64,000 nucleotides of DNA from Octopus vulgaris (GCA_951406725.2 OX597815.1:131006001-131070000), one strand, 5' to 3'; positions 1 through 12,824 are shown, numbered from the stretch's first letter. The notes: a model not told the origin generated them from the letters alone. Program-made: numbers and translations.

Positions 1-301
1 TTTCCTCTCCTTCCAATGTTAGCATGATTTATATGTATTCTAGAATAAAGAAAAAGACAAAAACAAAACAAGAAAGAGATGTAAAAATACGTATTTATAT
101 TGTAATGTGTTGGAGTAAGTGGTTTCTATCCCATTTTGCAAATTGTTACAGTTTTGAAAATAGAATGTTAACAAAACGAAATTGGAGAAAAATACATTTT
201 TCTATGTGCTGGTTTTTAACAAGTCCTAACCTTTAATTGAAACTATTCAGGTTAATGAAACATTAACTGTAAACAACATAAAAACCTTTATGACTTGCAT
301 T

Positions 302-354
302 AACACACACACATGCTCACACACACACACAGATACACACACACACACACACTT

Positions 355-411
<57 letters not shown>

Positions 412-514
412 CATACACACATACACATACACATTTACATACACACACACTTTAACTTGCACACACACAGACACGGAGAGAGAGACACACACACATACAC
501 ATACACACATGCTT

Positions 515-567
<53 letters not shown>

Positions 568-581
568 TGCACACATGCACA
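302..581. repeat. Compound (CA)n/(TA)n/(GA)n microsatellite
   Basis: Direct inspection. Confidence 0.95.
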
Positions 582-770
582 CCTTGCAAGGACATGTGGA
601 CTACATTATTCAAACCGTCAAGTTCTTACTGAAAACCCACAAGCAAAAAATTATTTCTTTGTTGTGGCAATGACGTAACATTTTTCAATAGATGGAACTT
701 CAGTTACTTGGAAACATCACGTGAAGTCAAGGCATTGCCAAAAATAACCGAGTTTTGCTTGGATGCCATT

Positions 771-1323
771 TACGAGGGTGATTCAAAAAGTAATGCCAAT
801 TTGTTCAGGGTAGGTATAATTACCAACACAGGAACATGTATCATACATCAAAATGAAGATGGTCCTCTGTGGATCACATCCTTACTTCTCAACATAGTCA
901 CTGTTTCTCCCAATAGCAATGTTCTACCTTCTAATAAGAGCATGTATTCCTGCCCTGTAAAATTCTGTTGACTGTTCTTTGAGCTACTTCTTCACTACAG
1001 TTTTCACTTCCTTGTCACTGGACTATCATCTCTTCAGCCCCATGAAAGAGGGTTTGAGAGGCAAACATTATTCCAGTGACGAGGAAGTGAGGACTATAGT
1101 GAAGAAGTGGCTCAAAGAACAATCAACAGAATTTTATGGGGCAGGGATACATGCTCTCATTTGAAGGTGAAACATTGCTATTGTGAGAAACGGTGACTAT
1201 GTTGAGAAGTAGGGATGTGATCCACAGAGGACCAGCTTCATTTTGATGTATGATACATGTTCCTGTGTTGGTAATAATGCCTGTCCTAAGCAAAATGGCA
1301 TTACTTTTTGACTCACCCTCGTA
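771..1323. mobile_element. Mariner-derived foldback/MITE built from two inverted 3' ends
   Basis: TA-CGAGGGTG...CACCCTCG-TA termini; ~250-bp inverted arms (773-1021, 1073-1321); + strand encodes mariner transposase C-terminus DYHLFSPMKEGLRGKHYSSDEEV...GIHALI*...NGDYVEK*. Confidence 0.9.
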
Positions 1324-1485
1324 TATTCTAAAGGTTAAATGTTGCATTTTTTTAGTGTTTTTAATCCAGTTTCTTAACAATCTTATCACTAATAAACTCT
1401 ACTCAAATGTTAGTTAGGGTAGAGTTTTATACCAACAGCCTTTGCCATTGGGCATTAAAGAACTGGTTTCTCTTTTTGCTGAAGT

Positions 1486-2258
1486 AAAATATATGTTTGT
1501 GACATTTTAACTTCCAAAGCCAAATTCACTGCAGTTATTGTCGTCATCGTCATCATCATCATTGTTTAGCGTCCGTTTTCCATGTTGGCATGGGTTGGAT
1601 GATTTGACTGGGGACTGGCAAGCTAGGAGGTTGCACCAGGTTTCAATCTGATCTGGCAATGTTTTTATTGCTGGATGCCCTTCTTAACGCCAACCACCCC
1701 GAGAGTGTAGTGGGTGCTTTTTACATGCCACCAGCATGGGAGCCAGTCAGGTGGCACTGGCATCAGCCATGTTCAGGTGGTGCTTTTTACATGCTACCGG
1801 CACAGGAGCCAGTTGGCGATGGGGGCTGGCATCGACCATGTTTGGATGGTGCTTTTTTATATGCCACCAGCATGGGGAGCCAATCAGGCAGTACTGGCAA
1901 TAACTCACGCACGAATGGTGCTTATTGTGTGCTACCAGCACGAGAGACAATTAGGCGGCACAGGCATCAGCCACAACTACAATTTCCATTTTTGACTGTG
2001 ATTTGATATTTGATTTTTGATTTTCATGGAGAAAAAAATTCTCTCTTATGGCAGAAGGTATAAAACTACCCTATCTACCCACAGCTTCCTGCTGTTGGAT
2101 TCCCTGATGGATATTTCTGGCTCTTTAACCAGAATCTGATGGTGGGAAGCAGTGGGCAGATATGGTGTTTTTACACATTTACCTTAAGAGAATTTTTTCT
2201 TCATGATAACTGCAGTGAATTTGCCTTTAGAAATTAAAATGTCACAAACATGATTTTA
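1486..2258. mobile_element. Foldback/MITE-like inverted-repeat element interrupted by an RTE-tail SINE
   Basis: 1491-1537 is the reverse complement of 2206-2253; inner arms 2024-2100 / 2130-2205. Confidence 0.6.
1538..2022 (-). mobile_element. RTE-related SINE/LINE 3' end with (GAT)n tail and internal ~60-bp tandem units
   Basis: Homologous to 36491-36805, 45062-45400, 59884-60215 and 62575-63222; (CAT)n tail; repeated GGTGCTTTTTACATGCCACCAGCA units. Confidence 0.85.
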
Positions 2259-2599
2259 TTAACCCAAAGTTTCATTTATTCCTAATCACTGGAACTGAGG
2301 CTGCTCTAAAATATATTTTGCTTATTTTACATGAATTGAAAGATATTATGTTGACCTTAATTAACTGAGATTTTAAGTCTCAATTCTATTTTTTTATAGA
2401 ATTAAATGCTTTTATTCATAAGATATTGATTGGTGTGATCTACAAAGAGATAAACTATGTTATAACTGAAGCATAACATAGGACATTCTTTTTAACTTTT
2501 TTTTTTTAAATGTTTTTGATAGAATTTAATAGTTTGGTAGGTGAAGGAACTATGGCTACTGGTGGCTGCATAAATTATTATGAATAGTCCAGTAGGCAG

Positions 2600-3965
2600 A
2601 TTTTGGCTTTGGTGGAACTCCTGAAATTCATTTAGAGAACAGGATACTGGGTGAGGTGCAATATCAGGAATTTTTCCCAAGGCATTTCCCTGAGGCATTT
2701 CCCAAAAGCTTGTAATGAGGCACAAAGAAGCCAGCCCCGTTTTGAAATAGTGAGATCTCACCTGCAACCATTATTTAAGAAAAAGGCAACAACATTTCCC
2801 CTTCATTCTTCTCATGCTGACAACGAGCAAGACTTTGAAGCCAGGTGCTGACAACGGACTTTTGTCCTGCTGTGATACCACATGCACCATCTCCAGGGGT
2901 TATTGAACCTCATGTATATGGGAGAGAAGGCTAACTATGCACTGCTGTGAAGGTGGTTACTGAAAGCAAACCCCTTGTATGAAGCACCTGTGAATAAACG
3001 GTTATTGAATTTACTCCGCTTGAGAGCTTCATTCTTTATGTTTCCAGCTCCTTGAATCAACAGAATAATTATAATGAAAGAAGAAGATACCCCCAAAGTA
3101 TCATAAAAACATTCCTTCCATTATAAGCTCACAGATATTATATTATCTGACAATAAACAGTATTTGGTGAGAGCATCCAAGGGTTATGTGTTAATGTTGA
3201 ACATGAAACTGTTATACTGAAGGCCTCACCACCAGGAAAGCAAAGTAGGTGTTTGTGCATTGTATGGCCACAAAATCTGATCATCCACTTATCAAATTGC
3301 AGATGAGTCTTTAGATCTCTTTCCAAGAGGATATCTACTGACATTTTGGAATTCTCATATCACCACTCTTCAAAAACAATGGCTACCTAACTAGGATACC
3401 ACCTCATCAAGTCACTGTATTTGCTGATCATTTTGTTTCAAATTCCATATTTCTCACACACAACAAAAGTCATTTGAATCTTTTCCCCTCACTAGAAACA
3501 TACAATAATCTTATACAAACACCTTTCTGATTATTCCAATCCAATCGTGAGACTGGTCCTGATTGTTCACCTTCCACAATCTACAAACAATCTCACAGAT
3601 AATCTACTGTAAAGCTAGCGCCCATCACAACCAAACTAAAATTTTCTATCAATAGTTTTCCCTCAATGTTTGGAAATACTTCTACCCCTACTTACTGTTG
3701 ACCAGTCACCCTCATTCTGAACATTTCAGTGTGTAGAAACTTGCAAAATTGTCTTCCATTCTTTAGAAGGAAACTCCCTGATCCTATTTCCTATTGGCCT
3801 ATCACCCTTGTTTACAACATCTCAAAGCTAAGGGTGACAGCTGGAAACAACCATACTGGTTTCAGTTCAGCCATGGCCATCAGAGATTGGTTTCCTTATG
3901 TAACCCACTGATCATTTCTCGCCCTTGAGATTATAGGTGAGAGCAATGTTGTTGTCATTGACCTT
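2600..3965 (+). mobile_element. Highly decayed LINE (APE + RT) remnant
   Basis: CNIR near 2657; KLPDPISYWPITLVYNISK (RT domain 1 P..YRPI-like) near 3770; GESNVVVID near 3935; many stops. Confidence 0.5.
2968..3123 (+). repeat. ~155-bp direct repeat, copy 1
   Basis: Near-identical to 6094-6246. Confidence 0.9.
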
Positions 3966-4007
3966 TGCTCATCATTATTTCTGTTAGTTCATATCATAGT
4001 TTAAATT

Positions 4008-4397
4008 CTCTTGTTTTTTACTTGTTTCAGCCATCAGATGGTGGCCATCCTGGGGCACTGCTTTGAAGAATTTTTAGTTGAATGAGTTAACCCCAATACT
4101 TAGTTTTTTTTAAAAGTATGGTACTTATTCTATCAGTCTCTCTTTGTCAAACTACAAAGTTACAGGGATGTAAACACACCAACACCTACTCTCAAATGAT
4201 GGTGAGGGACAAATATAACCTCTGCCTCACCACATATACGACAGGCTTCTTTTGATTTCTGTCCACCAAATCCACTCACAAAGCTTTGGTTATCCAGAGG
4301 CTACAGTAGAAAATACTAAGGTGCCATGCAGTGGGACTGAACCTGAAACCATGTGGTTAGAAAGCAAACTTCTTACCACTCAGCCATGTCTGCACCT
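4008..4397 (-). mobile_element. tRNA-derived SINE (family A)
   Basis: Minus strand A box TGGCTGAGTGG and B box GGTTTCAGGTTCAGTCCC; homologous to 10563-10836 and 60873-61810. Confidence 0.85.
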
Positions 4398-4689
4398 ATA
4401 TTATTTACAGTTCATAAAAATAAGTTATGTTTTACTGTTATAATTTATTTTAAAGAGCTAAATGAGGATGCCTCCATGATGTTGAGTGACTTTCTAGAAA
4501 TAGCAACCAAACCTCATCCTATTCCTGGTGTATACATCGTTCAATTCTCAGTGTATGTACATCATTCCATGAAATATACACCAAGCCATTATATTTGAAA
4601 AAATACCCATTTGACCAATTAGAGCTGACTGGACACTAAATAATAACAACAATAACAATAGCAACAGCAGCAATGACAACATCAACAAC

Positions 4690-5040
4690 ATCATCATCAT
4701 CATCATCATCATGTGTTTTAAATCTGGGTTTTGTCCTTGTTAACAGAGGTGGCCAGATCTATCTCAAAACCATAGCAACTGAAGTAGGCAGGTGCAGCCC
4801 ACCCCAACCTTTGGGCTGGCTGGTGCCCATTCTCCTTTGCTGTCATGAGAATTTTTTGGAGCTGGATTTTCTACTGGGAGCATGCCCTTACTTACTCCCA
4901 ACCTCAGTTTCTAGACATGAGTGGTCCCAAGACCAAGGCCTCTACTACGATTTTTAAGAAATGTGGTGGAAAAGTAGCTCAGGAAGGCAGAGACACTACT
5001 CCCTGAGACCCTGTTTGGAGTCCCCCGCCTCCTGATGTAA
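4690..5040 (-). mobile_element. Probable retroposon 3' end with (GAT)n tail
   Basis: (CAT)n tail followed by GC-richer segment resembling RTE-type tails. Confidence 0.4.
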
Positions 5041-6093
5041 ATTAGATTAACTTTCTAAACATGATTGCTGAATTGCAAGATATCAAAAAATATCTCTTTT
5101 GCAAATGCCACTGATTAGAAACACTGTTTTGGTTAGCTGAGACTATGGCCTACATTAAATCTTGGTTGTAACTATTTCCTTTCAAACATAGCACTAATAT
5201 CTAAGAAATTATTGACCTCATTTCACCTTCCTCAATAAATCTTTTTTTTTTTTTACATAGTTCTTTTCGTTTAGACAGAAAACCATGACAATTTCTATTC
5301 AAACTTGACTTATTTGCATAGTTAATATTCAGACAGTAACCTTTTTTATTCAGTGTGTCAAATACAAAAATGATAACTGTTCATATTCTTAGATGAGAGT
5401 AATGGAAACAGACTGCATGGTTTAATAAGGTGTGATTAATGATATTTCGGACATATTTGAGTTAAACGTTAAAGGCACCACCCGTGCATTTCACAGTTTA
5501 ATATTCCTTTATATTATAGATTGATCCAATTATTGATTTCATCTTTCCACTTTTTATTGACACCATTATTTCTAGTGAAGACAATAGAAGAATATAGTTG
5601 TCAAAACATTGTGTAAAAATTACCACAATCGATCAGATTAATTGTCTGATATCTATTTACAATGCTATTAATAAGATATCTTATTTGATTATCATTCAAG
5701 TGAATGAAGTCAGTAAAGTGACTTGAGCCAATGCTAACTTGTTCTTTGAATGACCTTTAGCGAATCTGACAGATTTAGAATAAGTACCTTCAATACTTGG
5801 TTTAGTTTATATTATTTCTGTGTCGAAATTCCATTATTCTTTCATTCTTTTTATTGGCTTTTATTCTCTTTTACTGTTGTTAGTCTCATTGGTCTGTGGT
5901 TCATGCCAGATCAAGTGATTTAGCCAATTATTGTTAGGTCTGTGATAATTTCTTCAACAGCTTTAATTGATCTATCATTGGTCTACAGGCAGACCAACAC
6001 CCTTAAACATATCGATTTTAATAGTCACTTCAGTAAGATATTTGTTTTATTGTTCACTATTTATTGAAAAGCTAAGTTATGAAATAAAAAGGG

Positions 6094-6246
6094 AAACCCC
6101 TTGTATGAAGCACCTGTGAATAAACGGTTATTGAATTTACTCTGCCTGAGAGCTTCATTCTTTGTGTTTCCAGCTCCTTGAATCAGCAGAATAATTATAA
6201 TGGAAGAAGATACCCCCAAAGTATCATAAAAACATTCCTTCCATTA
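6094..6246 (+). repeat. ~155-bp direct repeat, copy 2
   Basis: Near-identical to 2968-3123. Confidence 0.9.
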
Positions 6247-6457
6247 ACGACACCAATTTTCTGACCTGGCTAATATAAAAATACTCACACAGACACACAA
6301 ATACACACAATACGTGGAACTCAGCTGAGAATATGAAAAGACCTTGACAAAAAAGACAACCTTAGAATATTGCTGTTTTCATTACAATGTGTCAAAAGGG
6401 GAAACCATTGCCCATGTATATCTTTTATCTCTCTCTCTGTATGTGTGAGTGTGTGTA

Positions 6458-6517
<60 letters not shown>

Positions 6518-6582
6518 AATACGTACATATATATATATATTTACACACACATACACACATGTGTATATATATATATATATAT

Positions 6583-6921
6583 AAAGAGTAAAAAGCAAAA
6601 GAGTCAAAAGGAAGAGTAAGTACGGTTAGGCAGCTTTTTAATCATTACAAATGTTTTGATACATACAGATCCTCGTATATACACGGTTTAAAGTTAAGTT
6701 TAAATTAAATTATTTAACGATTTACCTGTATAAGAAGATCTATATGTATCTCCTCAGGCGATACTCAGTTGCTGTCTCTGTATGCAAGTTTAGATTTCCA
6801 TGCTACAACATCCATGGCTTCTTCTTTACGAGGATCTATATGTATTGAAATATTTGTAGTGATTAAAAAGCTGCCTGACCATAATTACTCTTCCTTTTGA
6901 CTCTTTACTTTTTACTTTATA
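6583..6921. mobile_element. Penelope-like pLTR fragment in inverted arrangement
   Basis: 6583-6677 is the reverse complement of 6827-6921; contains a hammerhead motif; flanked by (TA)n. Confidence 0.7.
6641..6762 (-). ncRNA. Type I hammerhead ribozyme motif with long stem II (degenerate)
   Basis: ATCGC CTGAGGA GATACATATAGATC...GATCTGTATGTATC AAAAC ATTT GTA ATGAT; the inverted arm preserves GAAA...GTAGTGAT. Confidence 0.7.
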
Positions 6922-7054
6922 TTTTCACACACGTAGAATACCTAAGACTAGAATTCGTAACATACCATAAGAACACTACCGGCTATTTGGGAATTCTAAG
7001 GGTGAATGAGCTCTATTTGTACTCTTATACATTCTTAACAGAACACACCTCAAT

Positions 7055-7112
<58 letters not shown>

Positions 7113-7637
7113 GTTCACACATGATGGGCTTCTGTACAGTTTCCATCGAACAAAAAGCACTTGCAAGGTATTAGTCACTCTGATGCTTTAACAGAAGACA
7201 TTTGCTCAATGTGCTGGACTGTGGGACTTTTACTGCGCCCATGTGATTGTGACCTAACCTTCTTAACCACATATTCGAGAATGCTCCATTAGGGAATTGG
7301 GGACAATTTTGTATTTCAGACTTACTTATTTTAAATAGAATCCTAACAATGACACAAGTGTTTGGTAGTTTTTGAACCTGCAAGATATATCTTCCTCAAT
7401 TATCTTTCAGCATAATGAGATGGATTTATAATAGTGAACTAAGAATAACAATGTTATTAACAAAAATGTCTGGATTGATTCCTGGAATAGAAATGCTTGG
7501 TTTTCTTGAACTTTAAATATCATTCTAGGGAAATATTAAATAGTGGATAATTTGTATTAAAACTATGTCTTTGTCAAAGATAATGATCTGAAAATTTTGG
7601 CAGCATGAGTGATATGTGCATTTGTGGCACTGAAATT

Positions 7638-8243
7638 TATCGTAAAAACCTATGTAATTTGTGCAGATGTGTAATTTATGCGGGTGATTTTCAGAATAAA
7701 AGTTGTTAAAATGCTTCTACTCATGTAAAATTCGCACCCAAAAGTTTTCAGATCTGGCTAGGGTTGAAAGGTTTTCAATTTAGTTGTATTTAGCATAATT
7801 TCACTTATGTTTAGATTTTATTAAATTTTCATTCAATAAAAATAATATCTGTTTAACAGATATCACATTAAAAGCTATTAATTTACAAAATGTTTGTGTT
7901 GTTTATAATAATTGGCCCAGACCGTGATTATCAACATGAACGTCGGTCTTCAAAAAGTAGTTAACTATTTAATGGTTTTAGTAAATTTATACAGTAAAAG
8001 TAAGCATTATACCGTCCAGCATAAATAAAAGCCAACTTCATTATATTTAAGCCCTCATTTTTTCTGTAAAAACCTATTCTAACACTAAATGAGTCAACTT
8101 CTGGTACGAATGTTTATGTTTTTGTACGTCTTTTTTCAACAAAAAACAATTCTGGAAATGGTCTACTCATGTAATTTATGCACCCTAAAGTTTATTTTTA
8201 TTTTTGTGAAAAAAATGCATAAATTACATGGGTTTTTACAGTA
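7638..8243. mobile_element. pogo/Tc1-mariner-type MITE
   Basis: TA-flanked TIRs TCGTAAAAACCTATGTAATTTGTGCA / TGCATAAATTACATGGGTTTTTACAG. Confidence 0.7.
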
Positions 8244-8731
8244 TTTTCAATAACGTGTGTCATTATTTGCAATGTTTTCAACACAAGAAATGTCCTCACT
8301 TCAGTTAAATGCAGTGATTAGGAAAACAAATCTGGCATTAGCTAGCATTATATTTTGGCTGAGCAAACAAGGGATACAACTCTGAACATCTTTTAGATAA
8401 ATAAAGCTTCATCAACTGATGCATAGTCTTCACCTCTGCCTGTTGCTACGTTGTAATAGATAATATAATGTTATTTCTCATGGTGAAGTCATCATCCATT
8501 GTAAATAATCAAATTTCTCTCATTACTTAAATATGTAGTTAGTGCTCCCTTTATAATGAAATCATCAATTAATCTAATTTCTTGAGACTTCATGATGATT
8601 TTATGAACCTTCTGTACAACAAACTGGTCACTAGAATGTCGTCAAACACATGCAAAGATTCTAACTCCACTTGTTTATATTCAGAGTTGCCTGCTTTGCT
8701 TCCTCAGTCAATGAACTATGTTTCTAATCCA

Positions 8732-8797
8732 AATTTAATTGTACCATCATTATTTCTCACATATCAATGTGAGAAATAATGATGGTACAATTAAATT
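8732..8797. repeat. Perfect 31-bp inverted repeat, 4-nt loop
   Basis: AATTTAATTGTACCATCATTATTTCTCACAT-ATCA-ATGTGAGAAATAATGATGGTACAATTAAATT. Confidence 0.95.
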
Positions 8798-9978
8798 GCA
8801 AATAAACAAACCCATTTTAATATTTATTACATGAATATCTGACCAGTGCAGTTTATTTTTAAACTTCCCATAATAGATTGGTCATGACAGTTAAAAGGGA
8901 GGTATTATTATTATGGATTACTGGGAAGTTTATGTGAGAGAACCTTGGTGTATACTGTCAACTATTTACTGATTATAAAGTGAACCAACTTTTCTATGAA
9001 ATCATGCATCACAAATCAATAAAAATGGAATGCCTTGCTGAATAATGTGATTGTGAATACACTATCTTTAAATAAATGATAGGTTGGTCATGACTGGAAC
9101 CCTTTGGTCATAGTCAACTCAATGAGAATGATTTAGGAAACAAAACAAGTATAACAATGGCAACAAAATCTGATTATGTTTTCTGTTACTTTTAGTTAGC
9201 AACAGTCTCTATAAAATGATGTTTCTTAAGTTATGTTTTCTGCTTTGTTGTCTGTAGACTATCTCAGTGTTATAATATCAGAAGCTTCTTATAAGATGAC
9301 GATTTTAATTGCTGTATTAGTAGCTTCTTCTGTCACTTTAGAACATTACTGAATCCATCCTCACAGAACGTCTTTTCTCATTAACAACTAATATTCAGGA
9401 ATCTAAGTTAATTAGTAATTGTGTCAAGTGCACTCCCAGACCTGTAGATCAGTCTAGATGAATTGGAAAAAGCTATAAGCTTTGTCTCTCTTCCTAAAAG
9501 TAATCAATAAATATAGTGAAATGTAATTAATGAATATTCTTATCTTTATTATAAACATCTCAGGTAATTGCATATTATGGTCTGAGTCAGCGAGATAGAC
9601 ATCGTCTACTCTGTAGATGATGTACTTGATAGAAATAACATCCATTTTACCATTCAAATCACTACCCACTGTCTCAGCCAACGAAGGAGCCTATATATGG
9701 TATAAAATAGTAGAAATAGCAGCCAGTTTTCTACAAACTGCACTATACTGTCTTATGTCCTATGTATATTTTTATGCATGCATAAACTAATAAGTAGAAC
9801 TTTAATGTATTATCTAGATGTGGCTAATACTCCCTCAGATCATATATTTCTGTCTCATGCTATTTTCAAACAATACTTGAGTAGTGCCATTTACTTCTGT
9901 TAGTCTTTGATATAAATATTTTGGGTGATTGCAATTTTTATCTCTATACATTATAAGTAGTGCATATTTATGTATGTG

Positions 9979-10226
9979 GAGACATATGGCTTAGTGGTTA
10001 GGGAGTTGAATTCATGATTGTAAGGTTGTGGTTTCGATTCCTGGACTGGGCAACGTGTTGTGTTCTTGAGCAAAACACTTCATTTCACGTTGCTCCAGTC
10101 CACTCAGCTGGCAAAAATGAGTAACGCAGTAATGGACTGGCGTCCCGTCCAGCTGGGGAACACATACGCCATTGAAACTGGAAACTGGGCCCATGAGCCT
10201 GGCTAGGCTTTAAAAGGGTGCATTTT
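9979..10226 (+). mobile_element. tRNA-derived SINE (family B)
   Basis: A box TGGCTTAGTGG, B box GGTTTCGATTCC, central TGTGTTCTTGAGCAAAACACTT; homologues at 32015, 50618, 50816 and 62135. Confidence 0.85.
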
Positions 10227-10235
10227 TACTTATTT

Positions 10236-10267
<32 letters not shown>

Positions 10268-10562
10268 TGAATGAATGATAATTGATTAAGTAAACAGAAG
10301 ATGGAGTTGGTATCATTCTTTATTTTGTACAACAATTGTTTTGACCCATCCTGTGACTGTCCTTTATGGGATGGGACGCTGTGCATCATATGATGTATCA
10401 ATCTTGCAGTCTGTGTCACATTACTAACAATGTAAAATTCCTGAAGTAGATCCAGTGGAAATATACCCCAATTGTGGATGACACCAGGTAGTCCAAACCA
10501 CACTAGTGCTTTACTCAACACATCCAATACACTAATTGACATATACCCATTAGTCCCAGATA

Positions 10563-10836
10563 TTACAGGGATGTAGACACACCAACATCAGTTGTCAAGC
10601 AATGGTGGCGGGGTGGAGGACAAACACAGACACACAAACATACACACACACACACTCAAACACATACATATACTATAGGCTTCTTTCAGTTTCCGTCTAC
10701 CAAATCTACTCACAAAGCTTTGGTCAGCCTGAGGCGATAGTAGAAGACACTTGCCCAAGGTGCCACACAGTGGGACTGAACCTGGAACCATCTGGTTGGG
10801 AAGCAAGCTACTTACCACACAGCCACTCCTGCACCT
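10563..10836 (-). mobile_element. tRNA-derived SINE (family A)
   Basis: Minus strand GGTGCAGGAGTGGCTGTGTGGTAAG...GGTTCAGTCCCACTG. Confidence 0.9.
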
Positions 10837-10852
10837 ATACATATACATACAC

Positions 10853-10883
<31 letters not shown>

Positions 10884-11329
10884 TTAAGAGATGGTAGATT
10901 TTTTTCTTTATTTGCTAATTAAACACATGTACTACGTATTTATTCTTCACTCATTTATTACTGTTTATTATTTATTAACTCATTTATTGTTATTAACTCA
11001 TGTCCATTGTCCAGAAATCGTTCTTCAAGCATTCGGACTAAGTGGAGCAGGAGCATACACAAGGATGGGAAGTGTCACTGAAGTGGTCACAGATGTGTGA
11101 GGAAAGACTTCCGAATAATGGACATGAGTTAAAATAAGAACAGTAATAAATGAGTGAAGAATGTTTAATTAGCAAAAAAAAAAAAAAAGCAAGAAACAAA
11201 ACAATAACCATCCCAAAATACAACTATAGCTGTTTCAACACACAGTTTCACAACAGGAATTTTGCAAATTCAGAAACGTATGTATATATACACATTTACA
11301 CACACCATTATCACATGCACACACACGCA

Positions 11330-11603
11330 TGCACACCTTCGTTTGGGATAACCAGTACTTTATTATCTCCTTTTCTTTCAATCTCTTTTTCAAACTTTTT
11401 TCTAATCATTCGCCATGCTTAACCACTTGATCTACAAGTTTGTTTTTCATTCTTTCTCTGTTTATTTTCACTTATTCTTTTCTGTTGAAGAGCGTAGGCT
11501 CGAAACGAAAAAGACTTTTTCATTTTCCCCGAGCATCAAACTAATACACTTGCTTGTTGTTCATACACCTGTCTTCATCTTTTGTTTTTCTATAAATTCC
11601 AAC

Positions 11604-11606
<3 letters not shown>
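11330..11606 (+). mobile_element. Penelope-like pLTR-derived short element (family H) carrying a hammerhead motif
   Basis: Homologous to 54643-54830(-), 60620-60780(-) and 33365-33570; ends in (TA)n. Confidence 0.7.
11476..11514 (+). ncRNA. Minimal type I hammerhead motif, variant core CUGUUGA
   Basis: CTTTT CTGTTGA A GAGC GTAG GCTC GAAAC GAA AAAGA; cleavage triplet mutated in this copy. Confidence 0.65.
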
Positions 11607-11634
<28 letters not shown>

Positions 11635-11691
11635 ATATATGTATATATATGTATATATATATGTATACGTTTATATATGTATATGTATATA

Positions 11692-12436
11692 TAACTTAGA
11701 ATAACTTAGAAAGGTTTTTGGCCAGTATTGGCCCAGGCCATGTCTAACTTAATAGCACCACCTGGCGAAGTCTTTCAGTTCAGGATTTGGGCACCAAGGC
11801 CCATTCGAGCAGAGAGTTATTGTTTGCGGAGACATATCCGGGTGTGGATGGTTTGTCCGGTACTGTTTGAAGGAATTTGTCCAAAGACTTCTTGAATTTT
11901 GTGTGGTCAGTTTCTTTTTTGACGTGTCCTGGTGTAATGTTGAAGAGAGCGGGTTCAATTGAGGTGAAATAGTTGTGCCGTATTGTCGTTATGTGATGCG
12001 ATTTAGATTTTTGTTGTGGACGGATGGCACGTGGTCCAAGCCTTGGATGCATTTTGAAGGTGATGCCAACATCATTCGGACAGTGCTGATGGAATATTTT
12101 CCACATCATACAGATAATGTAGCGTTCACGGCGTCGTTGGAGTGAATACAATTTCAGCTTCTCTAGTCTACCCCAGTAGTCAAGGTCTGACATGCCATCT
12201 ATCTTTTTTGTGATTGACCTTTGGGGAGCTTCAATTCTCATAATATTTTGTTTTGTGTAGGGAGACCACAGTGGACAGCAGTATTCAAGGTGGGGTCGGG
12301 CAAAAGTGGAGAAAAGAAGGATAATAGCGTGGGAATCTCTCGACTGGAAGGTTCTGAGAATCCAGGAACGCATTCTGCGGGCCATGTCAACTTTGCTGCT
12401 TATATGTGTAGCCCAGCTTATGTTGTTTTCGTCCAC
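11692..12436 (-). mobile_element. 5'-truncated CR1/L2-group LINE, RT C-terminal region, open for 218 aa
   Basis: RPHLEYCCPLWSP...IEAPQRSITK...YWGRLEKLKLYSLQRRRER motifs; short tandem-repeat 3' tail (TCTAAGTTAT)n. Confidence 0.9.
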
Positions 12437-12559
12437 TGTTGTCCATATATATGTATATATATGTATATATATATCTATACAATAATATGTTACATTACTC
12501 GATAGTCAAGATAAAACTCTGAGTTTTTGTTATCTTTTGTTATCTTACCGTTTTATCAA

Positions 12560-12563
12560 TATG

Positions 12564-12594
<31 letters not shown>

Positions 12595-12663
12595 GTATAT
12601 ATATGTATATATATGTATATGTATATATATATATATGTATATATATGTATATGTATATATATG

Positions 12664-12700
<37 letters not shown>

Positions 12701-12824
12701 GTATGTATATATGTATAGATATATATATGTATATATATATATGTGTGTGTGTATATATGTATAGATATATATGTATATATATATATGTATATATATATAC
12801 ATATAAATATATATATTTCAACTA

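Noticed and set aside
247-678. ORFs rich in YI/CV/HT/MYVC here and throughout the window
   Set aside because: Translations of (TA)n, (CA)n and (CATA)n microsatellites; no coding signal.
1700-1985. Repeat-spacer appearance
   Set aside because: The 'spacers' are homologous to each other; this is a SINE-internal tandem duplication.
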